This document shows, piece by piece, positions 38,401 to 46,100 of a DNA stretch of 64,000 nt (positions are counted from its first letter, which is position 1; every line of letters begins with the position of its first letter). Under the pieces are notes generated by a model. That model was given only the letters and a program-made list of their open reading frames with translations. It ran no database searches and was not told the origin of the DNA. The position numbers and the translations under genes are program-made. Source of the stretch: a virus; the IMG/VR virus record IMGVR_UViG_3300045988_080781. The stretch is one strand, 5' to 3'.

Positions 38401-40054
38401 TTTTATAAGCATTAATATTTCCTTCAAGTTGAGTCATATATTTAGCATAAGCAACTTTAGCTTGTTTATGCAATTCTGCAATCATAGAATATAAATTACT
38501 TATAGCATTAACTTTATCTCTATTACTACTTTTAGAATCTATATATTTTTTAATACTAGTATTATCAAAATCTGGCATATAAAATTTATATAATTCTTGA
38601 AGATCAGAAGTAATACTAAGTAAAATATTATTAAATAAATTAACAGCATTAGCATCACTAGCAATTAATAATTGAGAAAGACCAGTTGTATTTTTATCAC
38701 CTTTAATTCTAACAGCTAATTTAGCGAAATCATTATCTAAATTAAAAATATTAGCAGTTGAGGCAGATACTTTAATATTATCAATTATATCATAAAAAGC
38801 TTTACGAATAGAATTATTATTATAATTACTTTGTCTAAAAGTCATATTACCTTTAGCATCAATATATAATTCAGCATAATTTTCTATATTTTTACAAAAA
38901 TCAGTATAAAGTTTACGAGCAAAATCTTTATTATTAATCATTTCATCATGAAGAATAATAAAAGAACTAAATTGTTTTTTATTATGAGCTGTATTATAAA
39001 CTTGTTTTATAAAATTATCAAGACTAAATTTAGCATCAGTATTAGCAATAATATTAAACAATTCAGTACTAACTTCTTGATATGACATTCTTGAAGCAAC
39101 ACCTAAAGGATTATCTTTATCAACAGCTAATCTATCAGGAGCAGTTAATCTAACAAGACTATTAAATCTTTGTCTAACATAATTACTTACAAGGTCATCA
39201 GCACTTTTAATAACATCTCCCCAATTCCATTGAGCATTAGTATCAATTTCATCATTACTTGTTCCTACGCTAATATCATCATCTGATAATAATTCAGATT
39301 CATCAACCATATCTTCTGGACTAACTTCATCTTTATCTTTAAATATTTCAGAAACTTTAGAATGATGTTTACAAAATTCATAAAATTCGTTAGTTTTACT
39401 AGCTTTATATAAATCAGCAAAATTAGAATTATATTCAAGATTAGGATCAATATCAGTAGTAGTATTTACTTGAGTATCATATTCAGTAGTAAAATATTCT
39501 GCAATAAAATCAGCAAGTTTAATAATATTTTTAGGATTTTCTTTATACTCAGTTAAAAGTCTACTATATTCTTCTTGTTGAACTTCATTTAATTTATCAG
39601 CATAAGGTTCAAAACGTTTAATAATTTCTTGAGCAACATAACCTTTAAATCTTTTCTTTAATTCAACAGGTTTATTAACTCTAGGATCATTATTAACTTG
39701 CCATGTAAAATTAAGTTCATTTACAATATCAGCAAAATAATTTCTAGCAGCATTATAAGTAGCTGTATTCTTAAATCCTCCTATTCGTCTATCATTAGTA
39801 ATAGTAGTCATTCTAGCAGGATCAAGATTATGCTTATTATAATATTCCTTTAATAGACGTTTTAAAGTATTAACAGGAATATCTTCAAATTTATATTTAT
39901 TAGCGACTTGATCTTTAGAAGTATAAGTTCTAAAGTTATCACTTTTATAAATAGTAGCTAAAGAAAATCCATAACTAATATTATTATTAGCCATAGATAT
40001 AATAACTTTATTTATCCTATCATTGTTTATAAATTTATAACCACAATCAGCCAT
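26441..40054 (-). CDS. giant (4537 aa) virion-module protein with a multisubunit-RNAP-like DxDxD motif; candidate crAss-like virion RNA polymerase fused to additional domains
   Basis: Uninterrupted ORF in the standard code. TGSDFDVDSIYG (DFDVD encoded at 34937-34951) matches the universal NADFDGD metal-binding motif of the beta-prime-type double-psi beta-barrel; last gene of the minus-strand operon. Confidence 0.6.
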   Translation of the reverse strand: MADCGYKFINNDRINKVIISMANNNISYGFSLATIYKSDNFRTYTSKDQVANKYKFEDIPVNTLKRLLKEYYNKHNLDPARMTTITNDRRIGGFKNTATYNAARNYFADIVNELNFTWQVNNDPRVNKPVELKKRFKGYVAQEIIKRFEPYADKLNEVQQEEYSRLLTEYKENPKNIIKLADFIAEYFTTEYDTQVNTTTDIDPNLEYNSNFADLYKASKTNEFYEFCKHHSKVSEIFKDKDEVSPEDMVDESELLSDDDISVGTSNDEIDTNAQWNWGDVIKSADDLVSNYVRQRFNSLVRLTAPDRLAVDKDNPLGVASRMSYQEVSTELFNIIANTDAKFSLDNFIKQVYNTAHNKKQFSSFIILHDEMINNKDFARKLYTDFCKNIENYAELYIDAKGNMTFRQSNYNNNSIRKAFYDIIDNIKVSASTANIFNLDNDFAKLAVRIKGDKNTTGLSQLLIASDANAVNLFNNILLSITSDLQELYKFYMPDFDNTSIKKYIDSKSSNRDKVNAISNLYSMIAELHKQAKVAYAKYMTQLEGNINAYKIYREKLRNYFERLGNVPDNTPPVYEREEQEEYTMFNDMLRAVDNISQTLSKYANIPIELNTRSVDGKNVSAVTYNNYLYNTVNAINNPSTRLNYGKSKFRSDQYKFSNILVDHGFNRGLFKYNNGAITPTNIGDVISVFRMAGINNLATGANAKYNTMSDTDFMYYGFYGFMHGIDNYRKYNEGSAINANIPTRPFLLPVPSDSPRMYMLDMPVYDAKSLYGVEEASMNNYVEGLLSQFTSYIDESTYNTLGSKLENISIAATRTTDVKQFAETIINLVKEGKINTKVKNAISTSTANRIAMRFVPATNNTKGSIIYIPIMYRDNANKPIYALLKGELTERGAINDVNTEITVSNLEFAGLYTSGFNTNYEVPDSVKAAFSNIASKSYINDRMNNAIVNRKSDIFKQLKNLIYGEIQVALKYRYGMFGHNSDKLLVDVNQLPLDMVLKKGEYIKDGKLIGNAFKFTKLFDILRSDGSIFSISDRLEAALKISSTGKLRDVPFSYTVDENNNITYKLTSEQESIIDECIENWIKEYDANCVSEFYDQISEVDNTINRSDVFNYYMNYFLFLNNCDDLFVGNSKFYKDTQTGTKRAKEYLAGGIRYSEGKFISNDEIGNPYDANIVDVEPIQYKGSDLQIQTSKGFKPLTVRSAFKAVTIHNIVRPIKNVKEIRDALYNSFKSKDDNDIETNAKAMQKANKLAKAFGYAEEGEKAETTKTDDAQSYITIYEAIRRIKQLGEYPKYEKLIHDLLDPTIPINAIDPKTLNSFMQVAKNFYYDMTYDTTFNIEQPRQIKNAEFIIIPKLVEGTQLAEVHQWMVDNDIDQLNTLETSKAANNNVITLWNNEGELRDLDDPKLAEELLVPGVVGNFNYANLYKQQEVPQHITDSKNKAGVQIMKKIIDNLQSHLATDKNNFIENFINNIREDFNNLCDDLNIVFDEDYNVKSKNGGEIDFAEFNRLALKEMQRLGLDGNIMDYFTAKVQNSADGIGSFDTIMPEIMNIVGNKIENIAQSVITNHITRQKLPGFHATQITHSGLRDGNKIKKSEILGINNTENMTEAQKIKFRQLVEGLRYHPNGEPIIEIMIPRWTAELYGITEDSIITSDFAEMIGYRMPTEAKQSIGVLRVVGILPEAYGSTIAVPDAWVTQTGSDFDVDSIYGITFHVYKDKYGNIHKVPYITGTDEDSTWQRYNRYVNQNINRLIRKANDTSLTSEEKEAIIAKIRATRSEEARKLYLVYKEMASDLFTKENELYNLIADEDNFAKYCGITDTNSPEYNKYVGISKLIKNTIYKYLSNKNVNYTDRLATVINYMKHIKGSPKAMQLFKEYADINSKIKDIFTELNTESAKIEIDGKSIFQMEGANKFKKAIRNRAKDAGLMTFEEFSKQTISQQNTREARDNMILQSMINILKDPSNLEEQLLRSHFEDLSRAKEDIDELQGFTKVPRSPYNPLDQIFFRRNAMGGAVLKALSVNRDTGNSINNVSRTELDEPILIKYIDKSVNSKFGIDYSVLNKNYDVDENGYVIHKGLGHSKNNRNIVDELITSYAAQTSTHSFDAVKEGAVFNENPYTFSAYRTLLDLGVDHHNAQLWLRQPAIVELTNAYFKTRSAINKLGHVNIINLAIRNIAKHITIDGKKLGNNFTEVNDYTPIDIIYNNIKKLTGFDFNIYENESVKLDMGNMLDLYSHPVEDGTDNNILLEHIKQVIIFNKLNNLGKLIENHTKIFAADKYGAKDNMFNARKVFYDIYDLINSGKYNRLVAPVKGNKVPLVEAVYPGITNIAFTTEDDIQTTKSIDDIQNAIKDFLKYNREHESVYPILNAFFTYGTSSGYLITSQRFISESPEFIHAVKYLEGYLNAPLDEKTYNRFKKYFLNFLYFLSAPTLHKDVIVNKDGTISITENNDSKSRIYGYKYDDNVDFKYNNINDLTEEEYQVFHKLSPAQKIFIVKQHITSDKLNIFNYLKTNLYHKGDVRKRGISGQYITFEDQNQNIDVIHELFEETFNTNSRVLKDTMIDLIKYAFVVEGYNYGRNKVSKTIKNNALYESIANGGLNIIENIREGIRSMDYKFLEEFNIYEDFIRANPDIRQVLSHNIKYDGKKREIDYFDSETKLYYFNINDTNDRAKAKSIGVLRETKDNDVLVSYINLTDKNKETILFKVVNYENSGNIFLFPLNPLDSNEYGVSTNLFNHKYIDNYSYLRLISKIVANNYSINNEIKQEFKDELKDIRSNRSREIKVNKNVPKNDDFLENVAISNEPGSEGVRTFLRTLKNKFSNTSVNAINVWAINDILKNAFKDPYAVSEQVINLDDGNTVRLGIKRIQSNTNKFKKLYKDESVGDVAEKLKRNDITFSDDIYRVTRIKENDDNDVTLESSINFDVEIEEQTELGRINKAIYNDLLRRRNRLNDEDASRTIRAYGSLGLDFTNNNSIESNRNLIIKLNSKYYIDKAEELLKKINEFSRDKDGIPIPINHIDVINEISKEDNEEYRQTFLSLILECLTFGDNFRELFNLSTDNLPSDVSKAIEDMISAITKIKNNSNVKDAVRGYYNNYISKFSNNPDIKDGFMTLYDAIVTDETKMAYLFGDSMEINDAVTQVVLKMIHTNINYADKVGIEDARKFNSFIEEIEKKAAQAGKPVNWNNIVDKLAGVILSNYNESFNNDKSAIDTEYTDTKNAFGNYHPIHLKAKRNRDIWYAKNIEQEFVQSYYDERNNALNEIFSNDDNIKLYGDYLRLNDNIKQLVNIKDKSDEQYNELFALMNQRRTLLENEVLNKAIETLNNIQEKYFVRTAKEKFFETRDKMLKIIEDVTYPNRTDNEKLPLEERIKNEKYREAVEWLAENTIRRYDNEFYSKMADAFATLSNSDSVKKTAMKRIIDANPKVNYRDAFGVIDGTKFTNKQVAEIKKEHESRFSKFSSEVRLIRNKPDNNEIYTEEFYKSMHVDAQSDPVVNKLINDINNILIHALDDSGKVYLSRLNTNQLKELVSLYTSLYKQRRGKGKNMSPEAQAARDFINENVDYVYDNNAIERDRQLAKEAYDDPDNTNADKEWYEAFNKLSNMHRVFNGISFAEDSKNDYIYSYAVPKEHVKDKFLDKDKMAAKIWINNNVKSSTTEYYDMAANKAKAEGRYDEWFEENHVYNPMSHKYEPIQIWTNIEATEDSEYKAEHKPNYLNAYTEPKPGTKNDKYKTYGANYNFETGDKKYFRKDDATEYEKEIRNYIIDKMKQFATNESGMSHVNKLLFPFRKKIENNPANFTKGVLNFVGATANLDNNRGISDDFSYVYGSDVRNLSMQDIYTSGLERLPEAPSRLVGETDEQYYDRIKEFRKASEEIIKRNNELIAKVRDDDYKGMFHDYIVNAHVTTAKNRMINDAYLLLEFYRQLKPAYQTTITGDLKVDRRLSTTNATQYKRERAVNTTKHLEVLFKRMFLHQYKPRTKFDTVINVMQNLTSAKYMMFNILGGVSNVLTGSAGIAAEYFAAEYFNHKDWERAKAKYILNSPAFLMNAYSDKSNNLIDAIFKFMNIIDYDNIRETSYNGKALNPTKLINDLKSFAYSPQTAGEHYMQNTALLALMYSNKIINVGGKYKIVDFNSYKLSAERTAIREIVKDNPVLNTYFERMLRNIKNDTKLMFDYQTRKVDIAEQFIDSLDPENRKIIGKRYKEVRDKKIAEFKKLYDAAPNVLDQFEIKDGYAKLKDNSDITLKDIAEFAEKAKLVNTRIHGVYNKLGAATIESTTFFGSLLMQFHKHIWNGILKHFRNRTYYNETLGTYGRGMYVSFAHLASKEYKRKFNEIAERRDKGELNGTDVIIAYATSIVTGLFSTAMNLKFNYGIMNETDRANVRRVASQLMMTAYAFIGYIIAGAILEDDDDNLLANWGLYTFDRWSSETNMYNIGLFGEIRKFTRNPMAVNTSINEMLAAGNYILDMVTLGKDFDPIYKNGPYAGENKIWRYIERQVPIYRSIDRFMGLDKNNRYYKLGENFNGLVNAKPIIEFIAE
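33347..33357 (+). repeat. dispersed GC-rich motif, exact copy
   Basis: cctctacaggg; translated HPVEDG on the minus strand. Confidence 0.8.
36917..36928 (-). repeat. dispersed GC-rich motif, exact copy
   Basis: plus strand reads ccccgtagagga; translated ISSTGK. Confidence 0.8.
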
Positions 40055-40145
40055 ATATTTAACTGTTTAGTTTATATTATATAAGCTCCATCGAGCCATT
40101 TCTAGCCCGATAGAGCCACTTTGTTACATTAGCTTATTAATTATA

Positions 40146-43100
40146 TCAGCAAACCATCCAAACTTCACCACGGTCAAAAGATGAGGCAAATTCGGCTTGT
40201 TGTTCGGGATTTATTGCCTGCTGGAGATTGGAAAGGTTACCTATTCGATTAATACCATCATGATTAACATTAGCATCAACATTATAAAAATTAATATTTG
40301 TATCAAGTGTTATATCATCATTACTATCAAAATCAGAACTTTCACTATAATCTTCAAATGTAAAATCATCATCAATAAATTCTGTAGTTGTTGGTTCAGG
40401 ATTAGGTTCTTCTTTAGTTTCAATATTATCAGTTTTAGGTTCTGAATTAGTAATATCAGTAGGTTTAGGATTTGAATCACTAACAAGAGTTTCAGGTTTA
40501 GTATTCGCTAGTTCTTCCCTTACAGGGGTGCTAACACTAATCTCCGTATTAGGAATAGTTTTATCAGTAATTTCAGAATTATTTGAACCAACTATTAATT
40601 GATTACTTAAAACTCTAATTTGAGCATTTAATATACTATTATCTTTAACATCATATTTCTTACCGAAGAATATCTTACCAATAAGTTCAATAAACTTTTG
40701 CCATATAGATTTAGGTTTATTATTACTATCAAATTCAAGATCAGAAGTTAAATTATTAGCAAGATTAATAAGTTCTGGTCTAGTAAGCATTTCAACAATA
40801 AATTCTTCACATGCTCTATTTGTTTCAATATTATCATTATCTTTATTTTCTCTAAATGCTGTATGGTTATCATTAAGATAAGTATTTAATATAATATTAA
40901 TACGTCGTTTAAGTTCAATAATATCAATATTATTATTTGTAGCATAATTTTCTAATTCAGTAGTATTATTATTAATTTTATCATAAAGTAATTTAGCAAT
41001 AACTAAAGTATCATTTTGAATAACATTTATATCTACAGCTGTATTATTAGTTCTAATTAATTGATGAACACGTTCGTGAATAATCATTCTGACAAGTTCT
41101 CGTTCACCAATATTATTAGGATTATTAACTAATGTTTCAAAAGCTCTTCTATAAATAATAAATTTATTATTTTTAATATCATAAGAAGCATCAGCATTAA
41201 TGCCTTCATTATCTTCTTTAGCTAATACTAATTCAAACTCAGTATCTTGTCTAATAAGTTTATTATTACCAAATTTAAGATTAACAATATTTGAAAAATG
41301 AGGAGCAAATTGTTCAATAATAGAACTAGCTTTAACAGTTAATCTATTTTGTTTTTTATATTCTTCTTCAGCTCTATTAAATAAACTATTTACTTTTGCA
41401 GTAACAACTGTAGTTGCATTATCACCAGCTTTTGGAGTAAACATAACTTGAACATTTCTATTCGCAGCCTGATTTCCCGTAGAAGTTGTCGGCATAAAGT
41501 TAGTATTTATTCCATTAATATTTGCTTTTCCAAGATAAATTTTTCCAAGTTTATTTTTTACTATAAAGTCAAGATAATTTTTTCCAGAAAATGTTTTACC
41601 ATTAATAGTAACTTTAAATTCTCCATTAGCATCATGAGAAACATAATTAGTTTTAATATCAGTTCCTTCAAGATAATAATTTCTACTAATATTAAATTTA
41701 CCATTAGATAATATTTTACTTATTTTTTCATCAAGAGTTTTTCTAGGAAATTTACTAGATGATGTAACAGTATCATTTTCAGGTTTATCTCCTAATTCAA
41801 AGAATGAAATACCAGTATTATCATTACCATTTTTATCTCTTCTATAAATAGTAATATCAGCTAATTTATTGCCAACATTTTTATAATTACTTATAATAAT
41901 TCTATCACCACTTTTACTAATAACAAAACCTTGAACAAGAGAATCATATTTAATAATATCATGTAATTTATTACTTAAATCATCAAAACTTATATTACCA
42001 TTTTGATAACTAACTAAAAGATTAACAACTTCTTCTTTAATATTATAAGCTAATCCATTTTTATTACTAAAATTTAAAGTATCACCAAATATAGGTCTAT
42101 ATGTCGGTTGATTACTTCCATTAGATATAGCAACCATAACACCACTGCCTTCACTTTGAAATCCTTCAAGATTATATTCAGTTCCATTAGCAAATTTAAT
42201 TTTACCTTTTTGATAATTACAACATAATTCGGTATTACCAATTTCTTTACTTCCAGAAACAGTATTACTATAATTAACAACAGCTTGATCTATATATGAA
42301 GGAGTATCAGATTCAATAGCTTCTCCAAAACTACTTGAAGCAACTTGAACTTCTACATATGCATCATTATCATTAGTACTTTCTCTATTAATTCTATCAA
42401 TAACTTCATCAACAAAAGCAAGATTAGAATATTGTCTAGCTAAAAAATTCTTATAACTATTATATCTAACAAAATTATTATCAGAAATATTATTATAATT
42501 AATAATAGGAGCAATAATATTAATAAGAGATTCTACATTTACAGGATTATTACCAAATATTTTTTTAACTATATCATTATTCATAACAATAGCAATATCT
42601 TTATCAATTTCTTCTTTAGTAAATCTATTAGTATTTATATAATTAAGATTAATACTAGTATCAGGATTTAATCTACGTAGTGTTACAAGATCTAATATAG
42701 CATTATAAAATTCAATTTGTTCAGGACTTTTTGGATTATTAATAATTCCATTTTCTGTAATAGTATAACCAAATAATTCATTAAATAATTCATCAAATAT
42801 AGATTCATAAGTACCATTCTTTTTATATATAGCATAAGGAAAAGATTTACTATTAAATATGTATCCATCTCCATCAGAAGTTCTAGTTCCTTTACTATTA
42901 AATCCTATTTTAACATATCTACCTTTATCATCTCTTTCATATATTTCAATACCATTAATACCTTTAGATCTACTATTTCCACTGTAACCTATTCTTAAAT
43001 ATAAAGGTTGATTAGGTTTAAGACTTTTATTACTATATATTTTAACACGTTTATCATTAGTAGGAGTTGTAATAAAACTATCAGCATTAAGATTACTTTC

Positions 43101-46100
43101 TAAAGCATTATTTACATCTTTAATTAAAGAAGTAATTTTAGCATCACTAATTGGTTCAGGAATACCTCCAACAAGTTTAAATTTAGATTTAGGATTAGTT
43201 GCAAAATAATTAATAAGTTTATTATAAATATTTTTAAGTTTGTTATAATCAGTAATACCAGAAGATATTATATCACGCATTATAGAATCAATATTAACAT
43301 ATCGTTTTTGATCACTACCTACAATATTATGAGTTTCAATATATTGATTAATGATAGCTTCTATAAAAGTATCAATATTATTATCTATTGCATTAACAAG
43401 TCTATTAGCATAAAAATTAATAGCACTATCAAGTCTTGTATAAATATCTCTAATAAATGGAAGTTGAATAGCTTCCTCAAATGTCATATCTCTAAATATA
43501 TAATCAATAAGAGCATTTTGATATTCATTCATTACACGATCTGTAAGTATAGGACTAGGACTAACTTTTTCTAATTCTTTTCTAACTTTTTCTTTTTCAG
43601 CAGCATAATCAAAATTAGGATTTTTATAATAATCAATACTATTTGAAGCAATAAGTTTATTACGTTCTTTAGCTAATTCATTTTCTTGATCTAATTCAGA
43701 TCTTCCAGCTTCAGCTTCGCTTCTAAAATAATTACGTTCATCTTCAGTTAAATCAAGATCAGATTCATCAGGTTTACTAACTACAACAGCATTACCATCT
43801 ACTTCATCAACTTCCTTTACAGGGGTAGTTCCTTGTTGTCCCCCTGTAGAAGAAGAACCTGATGTATCAGTATCTGTATCAGTATTATATCCGCCTTCAA
43901 GAGGATCTTCCTCTAATTGATCGTCTGGATGAGGAGGTGTAGGTATACCAACTCCATCAGTATTAATTCCATTTGTAGTTGTAGAAGGAGTTTGACTTTC
44001 TTTACGAAGTGTTGCTGTAATAAAATCATTAACACGAGAATTATCATAACTAAAAAGATCATATTTTTCAATAGCTTTTTCAAGTTTTTCTTTAACAGCA
44101 TCAGATAAATTATTAGGTCTTCCGTTAAGATATTCAATTACATCTTTATTATCAATTGATTCAGCTTCTATAATATCTTTTATATCTTTAAGTGCACTTT
44201 CAAATTCATTTTTACGAAAAGCTTCATTTATAGCATTAACATGATTAACTTTTTCTTTAATTTTATCTTTAGTAACAAGTACAGATTCTCTAGATATAGC
44301 AGCTAATTCTTTAGCATTAACTTCAGATCTTTTAGCTAAAGCAAGTTGTTCATTAATATTAAGTAATTGAGTAAATAGTTCTTCAGATGTACCAGCAATA
44401 CGAGGAGAATCAGTAAATGTTAATTTATCTCTATATTTAGTAAGAGCATCTTTTATAGTATTATAATGTCTTAATGTTTCAAGATATTGAGTACGATTAA
44501 TTTCTCCATTTTTATAAGATTCTTCAAGTTTATTAATATTTTCTTCAGTAGTATTAATTTCTTCTTCTATATAAGCATCTTCAACACTTCTAGCAAGAAG
44601 ATCTGTAGAATTAGCAAGTTCATTATCTGTTTCTCTTATAGAAGATAAAGTTTGATTATATGTATTAGTATATTTATTAGCTTCACGATTTGCTCTTTCA
44701 GCAGTAAGTCTATGAGTTACATTATCTACAGCAATTTGTTTAGCTATTTGTGGAGAAGTAGTATTTTGCATAACATTATTTAATTCAACATCATACATAG
44801 TACTTATATATTCCATATCAGCTAAAGCTTTATTTGTAAAATCAGCATCTTGACCTAATTCAGTTGCTTTAACAAATTCAACTAATGAATCATAATTACC
44901 AGCATTTTTAGCATTAATAGTAAGATTAGTTAAAAATTCATTTCTAATAGATTCTTTAGCATATTCTACTCCTCCTTCAGGAAGATCTTCATACATTATA
45001 TCTCCATTTTCATCTCTAACTAATTCTCCATCAATATTAGTAATAGGTCTATTAACATCTTTACCTTCATTAGTAAGTTTCATTCTTTCATTAAAAGTAT
45101 TAAATGCAGCAACTCTTGAATCAATTTCAGCAGCTCTATAGGAATCTAATACTCCTTGAGCTCTTTTCATATTAAATTCTCCAGCATTAGGATTATTCTT
45201 TTTTTCTTGATTATCTTGATATTTATTATATCCATAAGTAACTGCATCACCAAGACCTTGAAAAGCAATACCTCCGAGCCATCCCCAAAATCCAGCTTCC
45301 CATGCTTCAGAATCTTTAAGATAATCAAGATGACTTCTAACTTTTTGAGAAGGATCTAATTTATTTTTAACATCATCAATAGCTTTTGTTTGAGCAACAT
45401 ATTGCCACATTTCTTCAACACCTTCAGTAGCTTCAGTAGCAATAATTTTATAATTTCTATTTTTAATAAAATCAATAAACTTATTATATCCTTTAAGAGG
45501 TTCATAAGATTTTCCTGTAATAGCAGAAATAGCTTTACGTTGATGTTCTCTAAGAGCAGCATTTAAAGGAGAAGATTGCGAATTACCTCTCCAAAGATAT
45601 TTAAGAGCTTTAAGTTGCATAGCATCAAAAAGCATAAGTCCCATATCTTTTTTAAATACTTCATCAGCAGATTCTCCAGCTAATATTCTAGCAATTTCTT
45701 TTTTATCTTTACCTTTAAATTCAGGATTATTTTTAATAAATTCATTAAATTGTGCATCAGTCATATTATCAAATGCACTTTCAGTATTAATTATAACATT
45801 ATTATAAGTATCTCGAGCTTCCATATAATTTTCACCAACACGAGATATAGCAGCTTGACCTAATATTCCAATAGCTTCTTTTCCAGCTTTAACACCTTTA
45901 ATAAAATTAACACTATTACCTAATTTAGTAGCAAGAACAGCATTTCTAATTTTATTAGCATATTTAGTAGCAGTAATAGCTTTACCTAATAATCCAACAC
46001 CTTTAGCAATCATGCCACTAGGTATCATTAAACTAATACTACTAGCAACACTAGGAAGATTATTAAACCACCATCCCCAATCTCTAAAAGCAAAAGATTT

